Origin: an uncultured Gammaproteobacteria bacterium
GTDB taxonomy: Bacteria; Patescibacteriota; Microgenomatia; Daviesbacterales; UBA10151
Direction of reading: 5' to 3'
NCBI GenBank assembly: GCA_964392925.1
Contig: CAYMRP010000001.1
Span: 229,585 to 293,584, forward strand
DNA: 64,000 nt
The notes under the pieces were generated by a model. The model saw nothing but the letters and a program-made list of their open reading frames with translations. It did no database searches and was not told the origin of the DNA. Positions within the stretch are counted from its first letter, which is position 1. Each line of letters starts with the position of its first letter. The position numbers and the translations under genes are program-made. Shown one piece after another: positions 8,519 through 17,712 of this stretch.

Positions 8519-11485
8519 ATGTCTGTTTTCACGAAACTATTGACAACTGTTCAGAATAGTATAAGTATTAGTGAAGTGAATATAAATTCCAAAGGATTTC
8601 TGTCAATTCTTTTAACCATCGGCCTGCTAATAGGTGGAGTCGTCGCTGGAGTATTTATAGTGAATGATCCTACGAATTTCTTTTCTAAAGCTGCTACCCC
8701 CGATATCTCTTTTGAGTCACACTATAATCCTTTCGGAGATCCCTGGTCTCGCAAATTAGCCGCTAACCCTGATATCCCTGTTGCTTTAACTACTGGCTGC
8801 TATAGAAGGGGCCCCAAATATACAGGCAGAGAAACTGACCCATCCGTTGACCAACTTGAAATAGACTATTTGGCCAAGTCAAATTCGCCTATCATCTTTG
8901 AAGAGTGCGCTATCTTGCAGGGTGCCAATTCAGCGCCAACTTCGAACAGACAGCGTTTAATTAATATTGCAACAAAGTTAAAGCAAACTAACCCCAATGT
9001 TAAATACATTGGCTACCATGTCTTCTTTGATGTAAATTTTGACGGTAATTTGGGATCTGATATTTGGGGTGCTGCAGCAAATGATCAAATGTGTGGAAGT
9101 GTAAAATGCGAAACATTCTTTATTCATAAGAAAGGACTTCCGCCGACTAAGGCAAATAGAATTACTGGGGCCAGAACTTTTGATATAACTAATCCTAATT
9201 TTCGAGCATATATAGTTCCTAAAGTAGTTCAGGCTATGAACGAAATGAATATGGATGGCTTTCTAGCAGATGGAGTTGGCCCAACTATTCCCGGTATAAA
9301 TATGGCTGAGGTCCCCGATAATATTGCCTCTAGTTGGGGAGCCGGTTGGGCCGACTTACTTAGAGATACCAAGGCTGCCATGGGTCCAAATAAACTGTTA
9401 TTTGTTAATTCAGGTGGTAGGGGAATCGACTTCACTCGAACTGTACTTTCAAATGAATCCGGCAGCGGCAAACCTCGGGCTGATGGGGTAATGTGGGAAG
9501 ATCCGATGGGAAGTCTCGCAGCTGATCTAGGGTCTTCAGGTCGTCTTAGCGAGCTCAATTCAATGATTAACATGACAACTAGTTTGAATAAGTATTTGAT
9601 GATTGTTGTAAATACTAACGTCAACTGCCAAAACTCCTCAGGCCAGCCCGTTGGTTATTGTTTCAGTCAAACTAACCGCGAAAACGAAAGAAATTTCGCC
9701 CGCTATTATCTAGCCTCATTCCTTAACCTGTATAGGAACAGTAAAACCTTGCTTGTTTATTACACCCCTGTCCAAACCAGCCCTCAATTCGATTCTGAGA
9801 CATTTTTCAGAGAATGGGACTTAAAAATAGGCCAGCCAGTCAGCGGTATGGAGGAGGTTGCTGCTGGGGTTTATCTCAGAAGGTTCCAGAATGGTTATGT
9901 CTACTGGAATAATTCTTATAGTAACTACAATGGTGCCGGTGTTGGACTCTACAATTTAGATGGAACTCCTGCATCCTCTCATTCTGTACCCGCTAAACGA
10001 GGAGTTATATTCGTGACTCAACAAGTTCTACAAGATTGGAATACTGGCTCAGCTTCTCCTTCACCCTCCTCTGTGCCTTCACCTTCTTCAAACACCGGAA
10101 CACCACCTCCTGTTCAAACAGTTGTCACCTCGGCAGTAACCAAACTTGAAAGTACCGCCAAACCTAACTACTTCAACTATTTCTATACTACAAAGCAAAA
10201 CGAAATTGATTTTCTTTTACCAAGAAATTGGAGATCAGTTTCTACCTCTATATTTTACGCACCTAAAGCCGGAACACCAGGTTCTGAACCCGTTTACCGA
10301 ATGTATAAAAATGATTCTGCTAATGGTATTCAAATTCTGACCTGGGCTCTAGACGTAAACGATAGAAACAGAATTAAATCTCTTGGTTTCTCTGAATCAA
10401 ACGACAATGACTTCTTCGCCTACAAAACCAGTCAGCCAAGCAGTATCGGTGTCACCAGGATGAAATATTTTTCTTCTACCTATAATCAAACTTTCTATGA
10501 ATTTGCTAAAAATCAATCCGAAATTACCAGCCTTCAGCAAAAGGGCTGGACTGTCGATACATCAAACGCCTTCTATTTATATAATGTTGCCAATCCAGTC
10601 ATCGTCGTACCATCTCCTAGTGCAACTCCAACACCTACCCCAACGGCAACTCCGACCCCCACACCAACTCCACAAATTAAGCCTAATATTGTACCTTCAA
10701 AATCACTCTCTTATTGCGGAGCTACAGGTGCTATCAATCACTTAGAATGGTTAGCTGTTCCAAACGGTGTCTTTTACAGAATCCTTAGAACCACTCCTGG
10801 GGTAACAGGCAGTGTTAAAGTTGGAGAAACCTCAGGCACTGGACTAAATAATACATATCTAACTTCAGGTACTCAGTATACTTATGTTGTCGAGGCAGAC
10901 GTTACAGGCGGCGCAGTTATTAAGGGTGATGGTTATACAATTGTGGCAGCTGTTTGCTCTACACCAACTCCAACACCAACTCCAACACCAACTCCAACAC
11001 CAACACCAACACCAACCGTAGTTCAAACATCTGTAGTCAAAAAACTCGAACATCAAGCCAGAAGTAATTACTTTGAGACCTTCTTTAGCGCCAAACAAAA
11101 TGAAATTGATTTCCTTAAAAGCCGGGGTTGGTTTGAAGCCGGAATCGCTTTTAGAGCACCTATAGCTGGCACTCCTGGAGTAATAATGGCCAAGAGAATG
11201 TATTTAAGTGATAGTGCTAATGGGGCTCAAATCAGAACTTGGGCAATTAATCAGTCAGATATTGATGATCTAAAAAGTAAAGGCTATCTTCAATCAAATG
11301 ACAGTGATTTCTTTGCCTATCCAACTATGCAAAGCGGCACAGTTGGTGTAACTAGAATGAGAATGTTTTCCTCAAGTTATAACAGGACATTTTATACTTT
11401 CTCAACCAGCTCCGCCCAAACAAACTCACTAGCAAATCAAGGCTGGACAATTGATAAAACAAACGTTTTCTACATATTTCCATAA
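8519..11485 (+). CDS. Giant N-terminally anchored surface protein: putative glycoside-hydrolase-like TIM-barrel region, PT linkers, an FN3-like module and two copies of a novel about 145-aa C-terminal module
   Basis: The TM anchor is SKGFLSILLTIGLLIGGVVAGVF. The hydrolase-like region carries MDGFLADGVGP and FFIHKKG. Linkers are PTPTPTATPTPTPTP. The FN3-like module is bounded by Cys residues (SYCGATG...AAVC). The C-terminal module occurs twice (KPNYFNYF..KQNEIDFL...GVTRM..F...GW) and the protein ends FYIFP. The likely true start is the GTG at 8576, giving MNINSKGF, which matches the paralog's N-terminus. Confidence 0.8.
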   Translation: MSVFTKLLTTVQNSISISEVNINSKGFLSILLTIGLLIGGVVAGVFIVNDPTNFFSKAATPDISFESHYNPFGDPWSRKLAANPDIPVALTTGCYRRGPKYTGRETDPSVDQLEIDYLAKSNSPIIFEECAILQGANSAPTSNRQRLINIATKLKQTNPNVKYIGYHVFFDVNFDGNLGSDIWGAAANDQMCGSVKCETFFIHKKGLPPTKANRITGARTFDITNPNFRAYIVPKVVQAMNEMNMDGFLADGVGPTIPGINMAEVPDNIASSWGAGWADLLRDTKAAMGPNKLLFVNSGGRGIDFTRTVLSNESGSGKPRADGVMWEDPMGSLAADLGSSGRLSELNSMINMTTSLNKYLMIVVNTNVNCQNSSGQPVGYCFSQTNRENERNFARYYLASFLNLYRNSKTLLVYYTPVQTSPQFDSETFFREWDLKIGQPVSGMEEVAAGVYLRRFQNGYVYWNNSYSNYNGAGVGLYNLDGTPASSHSVPAKRGVIFVTQQVLQDWNTGSASPSPSSVPSPSSNTGTPPPVQTVVTSAVTKLESTAKPNYFNYFYTTKQNEIDFLLPRNWRSVSTSIFYAPKAGTPGSEPVYRMYKNDSANGIQILTWALDVNDRNRIKSLGFSESNDNDFFAYKTSQPSSIGVTRMKYFSSTYNQTFYEFAKNQSEITSLQQKGWTVDTSNAFYLYNVANPVIVVPSPSATPTPTPTATPTPTPTPQIKPNIVPSKSLSYCGATGAINHLEWLAVPNGVFYRILRTTPGVTGSVKVGETSGTGLNNTYLTSGTQYTYVVEADVTGGAVIKGDGYTIVAAVCSTPTPTPTPTPTPTPTPTPTVVQTSVVKKLEHQARSNYFETFFSAKQNEIDFLKSRGWFEAGIAFRAPIAGTPGVIMAKRMYLSDSANGAQIRTWAINQSDIDDLKSKGYLQSNDSDFFAYPTMQSGTVGVTRMRMFSSSYNRTFYTFSTSSAQTNSLANQGWTIDKTNVFYIFP

Positions 11486-14400
11486 ATGAATTTAAACTCT
11501 AAAGGCTTTTTATCTATATTCTTGACTATCGCATTGCTGGTTGGGGGAATTGTTGCCGGCACCTATCTAGTTAAGAATCCGAAACTGTTCTTCTCTAAAG
11601 CTGCGGAATCTCCAACTAGTTTCCCTGACTATGTTAAAACCTTCCGTCTCCAAAATCCTAAATCAGAGATGGAAAAGTTCCTTAATCCATTTGGGGAAAC
11701 ATGGGAATCAAAACAATCCACTAATCCAGATATTCCGGCTATGTTAGCCGGTGCATTTGACCGGACAAAAAGCGGCAGCTACGGGATCTCAGATCGGGTA
11801 GCCTCATTTAGTAGATTACTTCCTAGTTATTATCCTAATCAACTCCCTCAGCCAGGTACAAATTATTATTTAGATTTAACTGAAGGCTACAAAAATCTGC
11901 TTCGCAATGCAAATACTCCTTATACTTTTTACAATCAAGGCGGCGGTATTTTCTCTAATCGTCCGCGCTATAACATGCCTTCATCCAATATCGTAATAAG
12001 AGAGCTCGACAAAATTAACCCTAATTTAAAACAGAACAGTTATTACGTAGTAAATTTTGTTGAGGAGACCGATCTTGCAGGTTATGAAAACTTAAAAGAG
12101 CAGTGGTATATTCATCGTAAAGGAACAGATGCATCAAAACCGGAAAACAGATTAAAAGCAGCTGGAGGTCAGGACGTGCTTGATGTAACTATTCCAGAAT
12201 TTCAGCAGCATATGGCAACCGGTGTAGCCAAAGCCATGCAGGACAATCAATTAGATTGGCTTTTAGTTGATGGAGCTGGTGATGGATTAAATAGACCCCG
12301 GCTTCTAAATAGCGAAAGCCCCTCAGTTTATCCGGATCATTTTAATTCTCAAGCTTATTTCACTGGAACTCTCCAAACATTAGGCGCTTTAAAAGCCAAA
12401 CTCAATCCTTTAGGTAAAGAGGTTATTTTTAATCCTATCCAGCCAGATTCTATTGGTGATGAAAGAATAGCTCAAGTCCAAAAATACCTAGAAGTCACTG
12501 ACGGAGCATATTGGGAAAACCCCTTCAGAACTGGAAACCGTGATTACTTTGCCTCTACGAATGGACCAGATTACTATTACACTCAACTGCAGAAGTTTTT
12601 TGATTTGGCCAATTCAATGAACAAAAAACTGATAATTGAATCAGACACTGTTAATGATTATCGCCAGGATCCAAATAATAATTGTCCCTTAGTTTTTCAG
12701 TGTGAATACGCAGAAATTCTGGCAGAAAAAGGATACTATGAAGCACTGGTATATGAACAGAAAATAGCCAGAAGACATCTTGGAATGTATTTGCTTTTTC
12801 AAACCAATCCGTTAACTAATCTCTACTCTCATTACACTTTGGCGGAGCCATTAAGTTACGAAACAAGCGAAGCCACTTTCGCTGATTATGACTTAAAGAT
12901 TGGCAAGCCTTTAGCCAAAATGGAAAAAATAGCTAATAATATTTTTAAACGCCAGTTCGAAAACGGCATAGTTTTCGTAAATTACTCAAAAGCTCCCTAC
13001 ACAATTGCTAGCAATGTTCTGACTTGCGATAACTATAATCAAGGTGTCTGCCAAAAACCCCACTATGTAACCGCTGACGGCCTACCTGTCACAGCTTACA
13101 CATTAGAGCCTGAAACAGCTCAAATATTTGTATTACCAACTGTTCTGACCCCCTATAATCCATCATTTGAAACTGTTTGGAATTGGAAGCCTAATCAGTT
13201 TGAGTGGGGATCAATCGATTACAAAAAAGCTCGTACTGGACGATCATCATTAATGATTCCGCCAAATAGTACCGGCAGTCCCGGCCTAACTCAGTCCTTT
13301 ATTTTCAAGCCTAACACCCAGTATCAATGGAGAGGTTATGTTAAGTCTGACAAGAGTATAAAACCAAACATCACTGTCGCATATGGTCCAGTTGGGACAA
13401 CAGTGGCTTCTCCTGCCAAATCAGTGCCCGTAGCTGGAGGAGTATATGTATACGCTGATAATTTACCTATCGGCACTAACGATTGGCAAGAAGCTAAAAT
13501 AATGTTTTCTACTGGATCTCAAGGGGGATATGGTAATTTCCTTGTCGTAGGAGAAGCTAATAATAGTGGCACAGTTTGGTTTGATGATGTCACCTTATTA
13601 GAAGTCGGCCCTGTCACTCCAACTGTCAGTTTCTCCAGTGCATCAACCTCTACCTATTGTCTAACCCCAACGCAACCCCGGGTTCACTTGCAGTGGAATC
13701 CCATCGGAGGCACTACTTATTATCGGGTTTTCCTAAATAATGCTGATGGAACAAAAACCCAGCTTTATGACGGAGATGGAATAGCTATCAACCTGGATAA
13801 TCTTCAAAGCAACAAGTCATACACATTTTCTCTCGAAGCTAGAACAAATTGGAATGGTACACCGATAGGCTCTGCAGCCACAACGCTCACTACGGCTACT
13901 TGTTCAGCACCCACTCCTACGCCTATAGCCAAGCCTAATGTTATTGCAGCCAAAACTTCCAGTTATTGCAACGGTGCCTCACCAATAATCCATATTGAAT
14001 GGAATTCAATTCCGAATACTGCAATCTACAAAGTTTTTAGATCTACAACAGCTCCGGGCAGTGGTATCAAGGTCGGGGAGACCTCAGGCACCGCTATGAA
14101 TGATACAACTCCTACCTCGGCTACATCCTATACTTATACAATCGAGTCAACATTCTCAAACGGTAGTTTCGTTCAGTCCGATCCATATACGATTCAAGCG
14201 ACCGCCTGCGCAACACCTTCACCATCGACCGCTCCTGTAGTTCAAAAAATAGATGTCAAACGTTTAGATCACTCTGTTAAGCCAAATTATCTTGAGAAAT
14301 TCTTTACCGCAAAACAAAACGAGATAGACTTCTTAAAAAGTAGAGGCTGGAGTGAAGCAGGAATAGCTTTCAAGGCTCCGGTCGCCGGATCCTCAGGTGC

Positions 14401-14704
14401 AATAATGGCCAAAAGATTGAGTCTAACTGACGCGGTCAATGGTGCCCAGATCAGGACTTGGGCCATAAGTTCATCTGAGATAACTGAGTTCAAAAATCTA
14501 GGCTTTGCAGAAGCGGCTGATAGCGATTTTTATGCCTATCCGACTCAGCAACCGGGAACGATCGGTGCAGTTCGTATGAAGCTCTTTAGTGGTACCTATA
14601 ACAAGACATTTTATACTTTCGCTTTTAGCACCACCGAAATCAGTTCACTAACAGCCCAAGGCTGGTCAGTGCAAAAAGCTAACGTTTTCTACATCTTCCC
14701 TTAG
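11486..14704 (+). CDS. Giant paralogous surface protein: GH-like TIM-barrel region, a CBM_4_9-like beta-sandwich, two FN3-like modules and one copy of the novel C-terminal module
   Basis: The start codon immediately follows the stop of the upstream paralog. The N-terminus MNLNSKGFLSIFLTIALLVGGIVAG matches the upstream protein. Shared motifs are WLLVDGAGDG and WYIHRKG. The CBM-like segment carries FETVWNWKPNQFEW...WFDDVTLLEV. The C-terminal module carries KPNYLEKFFTAKQNEIDFLKSRGW and the protein ends FYIFP. Confidence 0.8.
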   Translation: MNLNSKGFLSIFLTIALLVGGIVAGTYLVKNPKLFFSKAAESPTSFPDYVKTFRLQNPKSEMEKFLNPFGETWESKQSTNPDIPAMLAGAFDRTKSGSYGISDRVASFSRLLPSYYPNQLPQPGTNYYLDLTEGYKNLLRNANTPYTFYNQGGGIFSNRPRYNMPSSNIVIRELDKINPNLKQNSYYVVNFVEETDLAGYENLKEQWYIHRKGTDASKPENRLKAAGGQDVLDVTIPEFQQHMATGVAKAMQDNQLDWLLVDGAGDGLNRPRLLNSESPSVYPDHFNSQAYFTGTLQTLGALKAKLNPLGKEVIFNPIQPDSIGDERIAQVQKYLEVTDGAYWENPFRTGNRDYFASTNGPDYYYTQLQKFFDLANSMNKKLIIESDTVNDYRQDPNNNCPLVFQCEYAEILAEKGYYEALVYEQKIARRHLGMYLLFQTNPLTNLYSHYTLAEPLSYETSEATFADYDLKIGKPLAKMEKIANNIFKRQFENGIVFVNYSKAPYTIASNVLTCDNYNQGVCQKPHYVTADGLPVTAYTLEPETAQIFVLPTVLTPYNPSFETVWNWKPNQFEWGSIDYKKARTGRSSLMIPPNSTGSPGLTQSFIFKPNTQYQWRGYVKSDKSIKPNITVAYGPVGTTVASPAKSVPVAGGVYVYADNLPIGTNDWQEAKIMFSTGSQGGYGNFLVVGEANNSGTVWFDDVTLLEVGPVTPTVSFSSASTSTYCLTPTQPRVHLQWNPIGGTTYYRVFLNNADGTKTQLYDGDGIAINLDNLQSNKSYTFSLEARTNWNGTPIGSAATTLTTATCSAPTPTPIAKPNVIAAKTSSYCNGASPIIHIEWNSIPNTAIYKVFRSTTAPGSGIKVGETSGTAMNDTTPTSATSYTYTIESTFSNGSFVQSDPYTIQATACATPSPSTAPVVQKIDVKRLDHSVKPNYLEKFFTAKQNEIDFLKSRGWSEAGIAFKAPVAGSSGAIMAKRLSLTDAVNGAQIRTWAISSSEITEFKNLGFAEAADSDFYAYPTQQPGTIGAVRMKLFSGTYNKTFYTFAFSTTEISSLTAQGWSVQKANVFYIFP

Positions 14705-14719
14705 CATCCTAGTCTCATG

Positions 14720-14792
14720 CGCGCCTAGAGGGAGTCGAACCCCCAACCGTTGGTTCCGAAGACCAATGCTCTATCCATTAAGCTATAGGCGC
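14720..14792 (-). tRNA. tRNA-Arg (anticodon TCG), CCA not encoded
   Basis: The reverse complement reads GCGCCTATAGCTTAATGGATAGAGCATTGGTCTTCGGAACCAACGGTTGGGGGTTCGACTCCCTCTAGGCGCG. The anticodon loop is CTTCGGA and the T-loop is GGTTCGACTCC. Confidence 0.85.
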
Positions 14793-14868
14793 ATATTTGT
14801 ATTTTAACAAAATCTTATAATTATTTCCGAGCAGGTTCATTTTAGAATAATTTACATCTTAAATTGCT

Positions 14869-15456
14869 TTATTTTTTCTTCCCTCCAAACACTAAATTAG
14901 TATAATTCCCCGAGATTCCAATTCCTACATGAGTATATTCAGGATTAACTTGATTCTTATTGTGCCCCGGACTTCGGGCATAAAAATCTTTTATCAGTCC
15001 AGACGCACTTCCTCTAAAATTCCAGCTTTGATTCTCACCTATAGAGTCAAAACCTAGTTTTGAGTAACCATTATTGTTCATAAATTCATCGTGCCCGGCG
15101 TGCTTATCTAATTTCCCAATTCCTTGCAAATACTCAGCTCGATTTTGGGCATAACTCTGAAGTCGATTATCTATAATTAATTCTCCTGCACCATTATTAT
15201 TCCGGTATCCATTAAGCGCCTCAAGTACATCCTGTTTTGTCAAAATATTAGTTTGCGCCGCTTTAACTTTGCCGCGGGCCATCTTGTTAACAGTGGGAGA
15301 GGGGAGTGCTAGATCCGTTGATTCATAAATAACCGGTAGAGTGGATGGTTCAGGGGTTGTCGCAGCGAATACTTGAGTCTTCTGAGCCTCAGGAGTACTT
15401 GAGTTTAGTAATATCTGAGCTTGAATAAATAGTCCCGTAAGTATCTCTTGAATCAT
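14869..15456 (-). CDS. CAP/SCP/PR-1 superfamily protein (YkwD-like), secreted
   Basis: The C-terminal motif GHNKNQVNPEYTHVGIGIS is CAP-domain HxN-like. The N-terminus is hydrophobic with a PS-rich linker. Confidence 0.7.
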   Translation of the reverse strand: MIQEILTGLFIQAQILLNSSTPEAQKTQVFAATTPEPSTLPVIYESTDLALPSPTVNKMARGKVKAAQTNILTKQDVLEALNGYRNNNGAGELIIDNRLQSYAQNRAEYLQGIGKLDKHAGHDEFMNNNGYSKLGFDSIGENQSWNFRGSASGLIKDFYARSPGHNKNQVNPEYTHVGIGISGNYTNLVFGGKKK

Positions 15457-15480
15457 CTTTAATGACCCAACATAACACAG

Positions 15481-15810
15481 CTATTCTATGACTACAAGAT
15501 CATTTTCCCTCAGGTTAAATTTGTCGATAGTCCCATCTTCAAGTTCCAATACTAGGCTGTGCTTAGGATCCCAAAATAAAAATGAATTAGGCTTTAAAGC
15601 CTTTTTGATTTTAACTATTTGATAACTAGAATTTAATATAACTATATCTATTGGCTTTATTAGAAATAGAGTATGTATTCCGAACCGGGTCTCAAACATC
15701 ATATTCCTCGGATTAGAATGTAGAAGCAGTCCAAACATCCGGTCAGTAAAAGAATCCGCCTTCTTTAAATCTTTACATATTGTTTTCTTAACCTGTGATT
15801 TTAATATCAT
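15481..15810 (-). CDS. DUF192 family protein
   Basis: The pattern FTDRMFGLLLHS...MMFETRFGIHTLFLIKPIDIVILN matches DUF192 (COG1430). Confidence 0.65.
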   Translation of the reverse strand: MILKSQVKKTICKDLKKADSFTDRMFGLLLHSNPRNMMFETRFGIHTLFLIKPIDIVILNSSYQIVKIKKALKPNSFLFWDPKHSLVLELEDGTIDKFNLRENDLVVIE

Positions 15811-15884
15811 TTAATAACAATAATAATCTTAATATACCACTTGCGCTTACTTTGTTGTGATGATATTATGCCTGAAGCTTAACT

Positions 15885-16628
15885 ATGGCAACCAAGAAAA
15901 CTACTACAAAAAAAGCTCCTGCTAAGACTAAAGGGGTCGAGCAAAAAGTAAGTTCTCCTAAAAAAGTTTCTCGCAAAAAAGAAACTACAGTAACTTCTTC
16001 AGAGGTCTCGTTCGAAGAGTCAACCCCAAAAACAAAAATCATTACCAAGAAATATATTTATGCAGTCATCGCCGTCCTAATCCTGATCGGTCTCCTGTTC
16101 GCAGCTTCAAGATTTTGGGTAGTAGCCTGGGTTGATAATAAGCCTGTTACTAAATTTGAACTCTATAGTCTTTTAGAAAAAAGAGATCAAGGCAAAACCT
16201 CAGAAGAATTAATAGTTGAAAAGCTTCTTGAATCCGAAGGCCAAAAACAAAAACAAAGTATAAGTGAAGCCGAAGTCGAAGCTGAAGTTAAAAAAGTAGA
16301 AGAACAGCAAGGTGGTAAAGAGCAGCTTGATCAAGTTCTCGCAGCTAACGGCACAACCTACGAAGATTTTCGTAAATTAGTTAAAAGACAGCTCTTAATC
16401 CAGAAATTATTTGGTGCAGAAATAAATATTACAGATGAAGATGTAGCAAAATATATCGAAGAGAACAAACAGGCACTTCCTCCAACAATAACTGAATCCC
16501 CTGAAAGTTCAGAAACAGCTAAATTAAAAGAAAGCGTTAAAGAACAATTAAAATGGACTAAAGTTAGCGAAAATTATTCTAAATGGGTAGAAGAAGCCTT
16601 AAAAAGCCCTCGCGTCATGAAGATCTAA
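15885..16628 (+). CDS. Membrane-anchored SurA N-terminal-domain-like chaperone protein, with a lysine-rich N-terminal tail
   Basis: The N-terminus is K/T-rich and disordered, followed by one TM segment (YIYAVIAVLILIGLLF). The chaperone-like segment carries VAWVDNKPVTKFELYSLLEK and DFRKLVKRQLLIQKLFGAEINITDEDVAKYIEENK. No PPIase domain is present. Confidence 0.6.
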   Translation: MATKKTTTKKAPAKTKGVEQKVSSPKKVSRKKETTVTSSEVSFEESTPKTKIITKKYIYAVIAVLILIGLLFAASRFWVVAWVDNKPVTKFELYSLLEKRDQGKTSEELIVEKLLESEGQKQKQSISEAEVEAEVKKVEEQQGGKEQLDQVLAANGTTYEDFRKLVKRQLLIQKLFGAEINITDEDVAKYIEENKQALPPTITESPESSETAKLKESVKEQLKWTKVSENYSKWVEEALKSPRVMKI

Positions 16629-16669
16629 TCAGCCTACCTCCTGTTTGTTGTCCTATACTTTCCTAGTTC

Positions 16670-17359
16670 CTAGCCATCTCTTTTATACGGAATAGTTACT
16701 CCTGACAAAATACCAAATGATGTTCCGATTAAAAATCCACCTACCACATCCGATGTCCAATGCTCTCCTAAATAAATCCTTGACACAGTCATAACAACTA
16801 AAATTAAAAATAGAATAGGCTGTATTAAAGCCTGAATCTTAATTCCTTTTCTATAAAACAAATACATCATCAAAAAAACAATCAAAAAAGCCGTCCTAGT
16901 CTCATGTCCTGAAGGATAAGAATATAAGTCATGTACAAAGTGCAAAGGTAAATTAACATCTAGAACACCTCTATAGAATAAGAAAGGAGGAGCCGGATGA
17001 TGAACAAACACTTTTCCGAACACCTCAATCGCGAGTGCAAGTGGGAGCAAAAATAATGATAAGCTTGTAATCCATAGCCTCTTGAGTGCCATTAAAAATA
17101 CTATTAGAAACCATATAACACCTGTAACTTGATATGAGCCAAGCACTGAAAACCAAGAAAATATTGTATCAAGCCTTCGGGGGATTTTGTCCTGAAGCTT
17201 AACAGTTAAATCAAAATCCAACTGAGTGAAAGTTTCCTTTGCTACTAAATACGAAAATCCAATAAAAGCTAGAAATAAAATTGTTCCGAGTAATATTAAA
17301 ATTTTCCTCTCGATTAATAATTGAACAAAAGGAGACCTCATTTTTTCCATTACTTTCAT
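16670..17359 (-). CDS. PAP2 family phosphatase (undecaprenyl-diphosphatase / PgpB-like)
   Basis: The PAP2 motifs YPSGHETRTA (PSGH) and SRIYLGEHWTSDVVGG (SRx5Hx3D) are present in a polytopic membrane protein. Confidence 0.8.
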   Translation of the reverse strand: MKVMEKMRSPFVQLLIERKILILLGTILFLAFIGFSYLVAKETFTQLDFDLTVKLQDKIPRRLDTIFSWFSVLGSYQVTGVIWFLIVFLMALKRLWITSLSLFLLPLALAIEVFGKVFVHHPAPPFLFYRGVLDVNLPLHFVHDLYSYPSGHETRTAFLIVFLMMYLFYRKGIKIQALIQPILFLILVVMTVSRIYLGEHWTSDVVGGFLIGTSFGILSGVTIPYKRDG

Positions 17360-17471
17360 TATAACAATATTTGATGTTGCATCTCTCTAATCTAATTCTT
17401 ACATTCCCTTTACTCTCATTTAACTCAACAAAAATATACTAGCAAAGAAAGTAAGGAGGTGAATAAATATT

Positions 17472-17648
17472 ATGTTAAAGAAAACACTTTATGCAGCAGC
17501 CGGACTTGGAGTCTCAAGCTTATTAACGCTGGGGGTGGCATTTGCTCAAACCGCATCGCCTTCACCATCAGCTTCCCCAATGCCATCTGCTACTACCACA
17601 ACAGTACCTAGCGCACCGCCATCAACCGGAATGGGTGGGGGAAACTAA
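17472..17648 (+). CDS. Unannotated small secreted peptide (58 aa) with a signal peptide and a Pro/Ser/Thr-rich mature part
   Basis: The ATG is preceded by the strong RBS AAGGAGGTG at a spacing of about 8 nt. The product is MLKKTLYAAAGLGVSSLLTLGVAFAQTASPSPSASPMPSATTTTVPSAPPSTGMGGGN. A clean terminator follows. The ORF falls below the 60-aa cut-off of the ORF track. Confidence 0.6.
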   Translation: MLKKTLYAAAGLGVSSLLTLGVAFAQTASPSPSASPMPSATTTTVPSAPPSTGMGGGN

Positions 17649-17662
17649 AAAAATCTAAAAAG

Positions 17663-17697
17663 CAGGCGCTCGTTTAACCTGAGCGCCTGTAATTTTA
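17663..17697 (+). terminator. Rho-independent terminator after the small peptide gene
   Basis: A perfect 9-bp stem, caggcgctc (17663-17671) paired with gagcgcctg (17681-17689), with a 9-nt loop, is followed by TAATTTTAG. Confidence 0.6.
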
Positions 17698-17712
17698 GAA
17701 AAAACAAAATAT

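Noticed and set aside
10600-11030. Short tandem DNA repeats (ACTCCAACACCA-like units) that could superficially resemble a CRISPR or VNTR array.
   Set aside because: They lie inside a coding region and encode (PT)n inter-domain linkers. The units are 6-12 bp with no unique spacers, so they are not a CRISPR array. No repeat-spacer array was seen anywhere in the window.
10865-11098. A minus-strand ORF encoding a CWCWCWSWCW low-complexity peptide.
   Set aside because: It is the antisense reading of the (ACACCAACTCCA)n Pro-Thr linker coding repeats inside the giant + strand gene. The same applies to 4126-4320 (antisense of the PT linker in the Excalibur gene) and 23844-24041.
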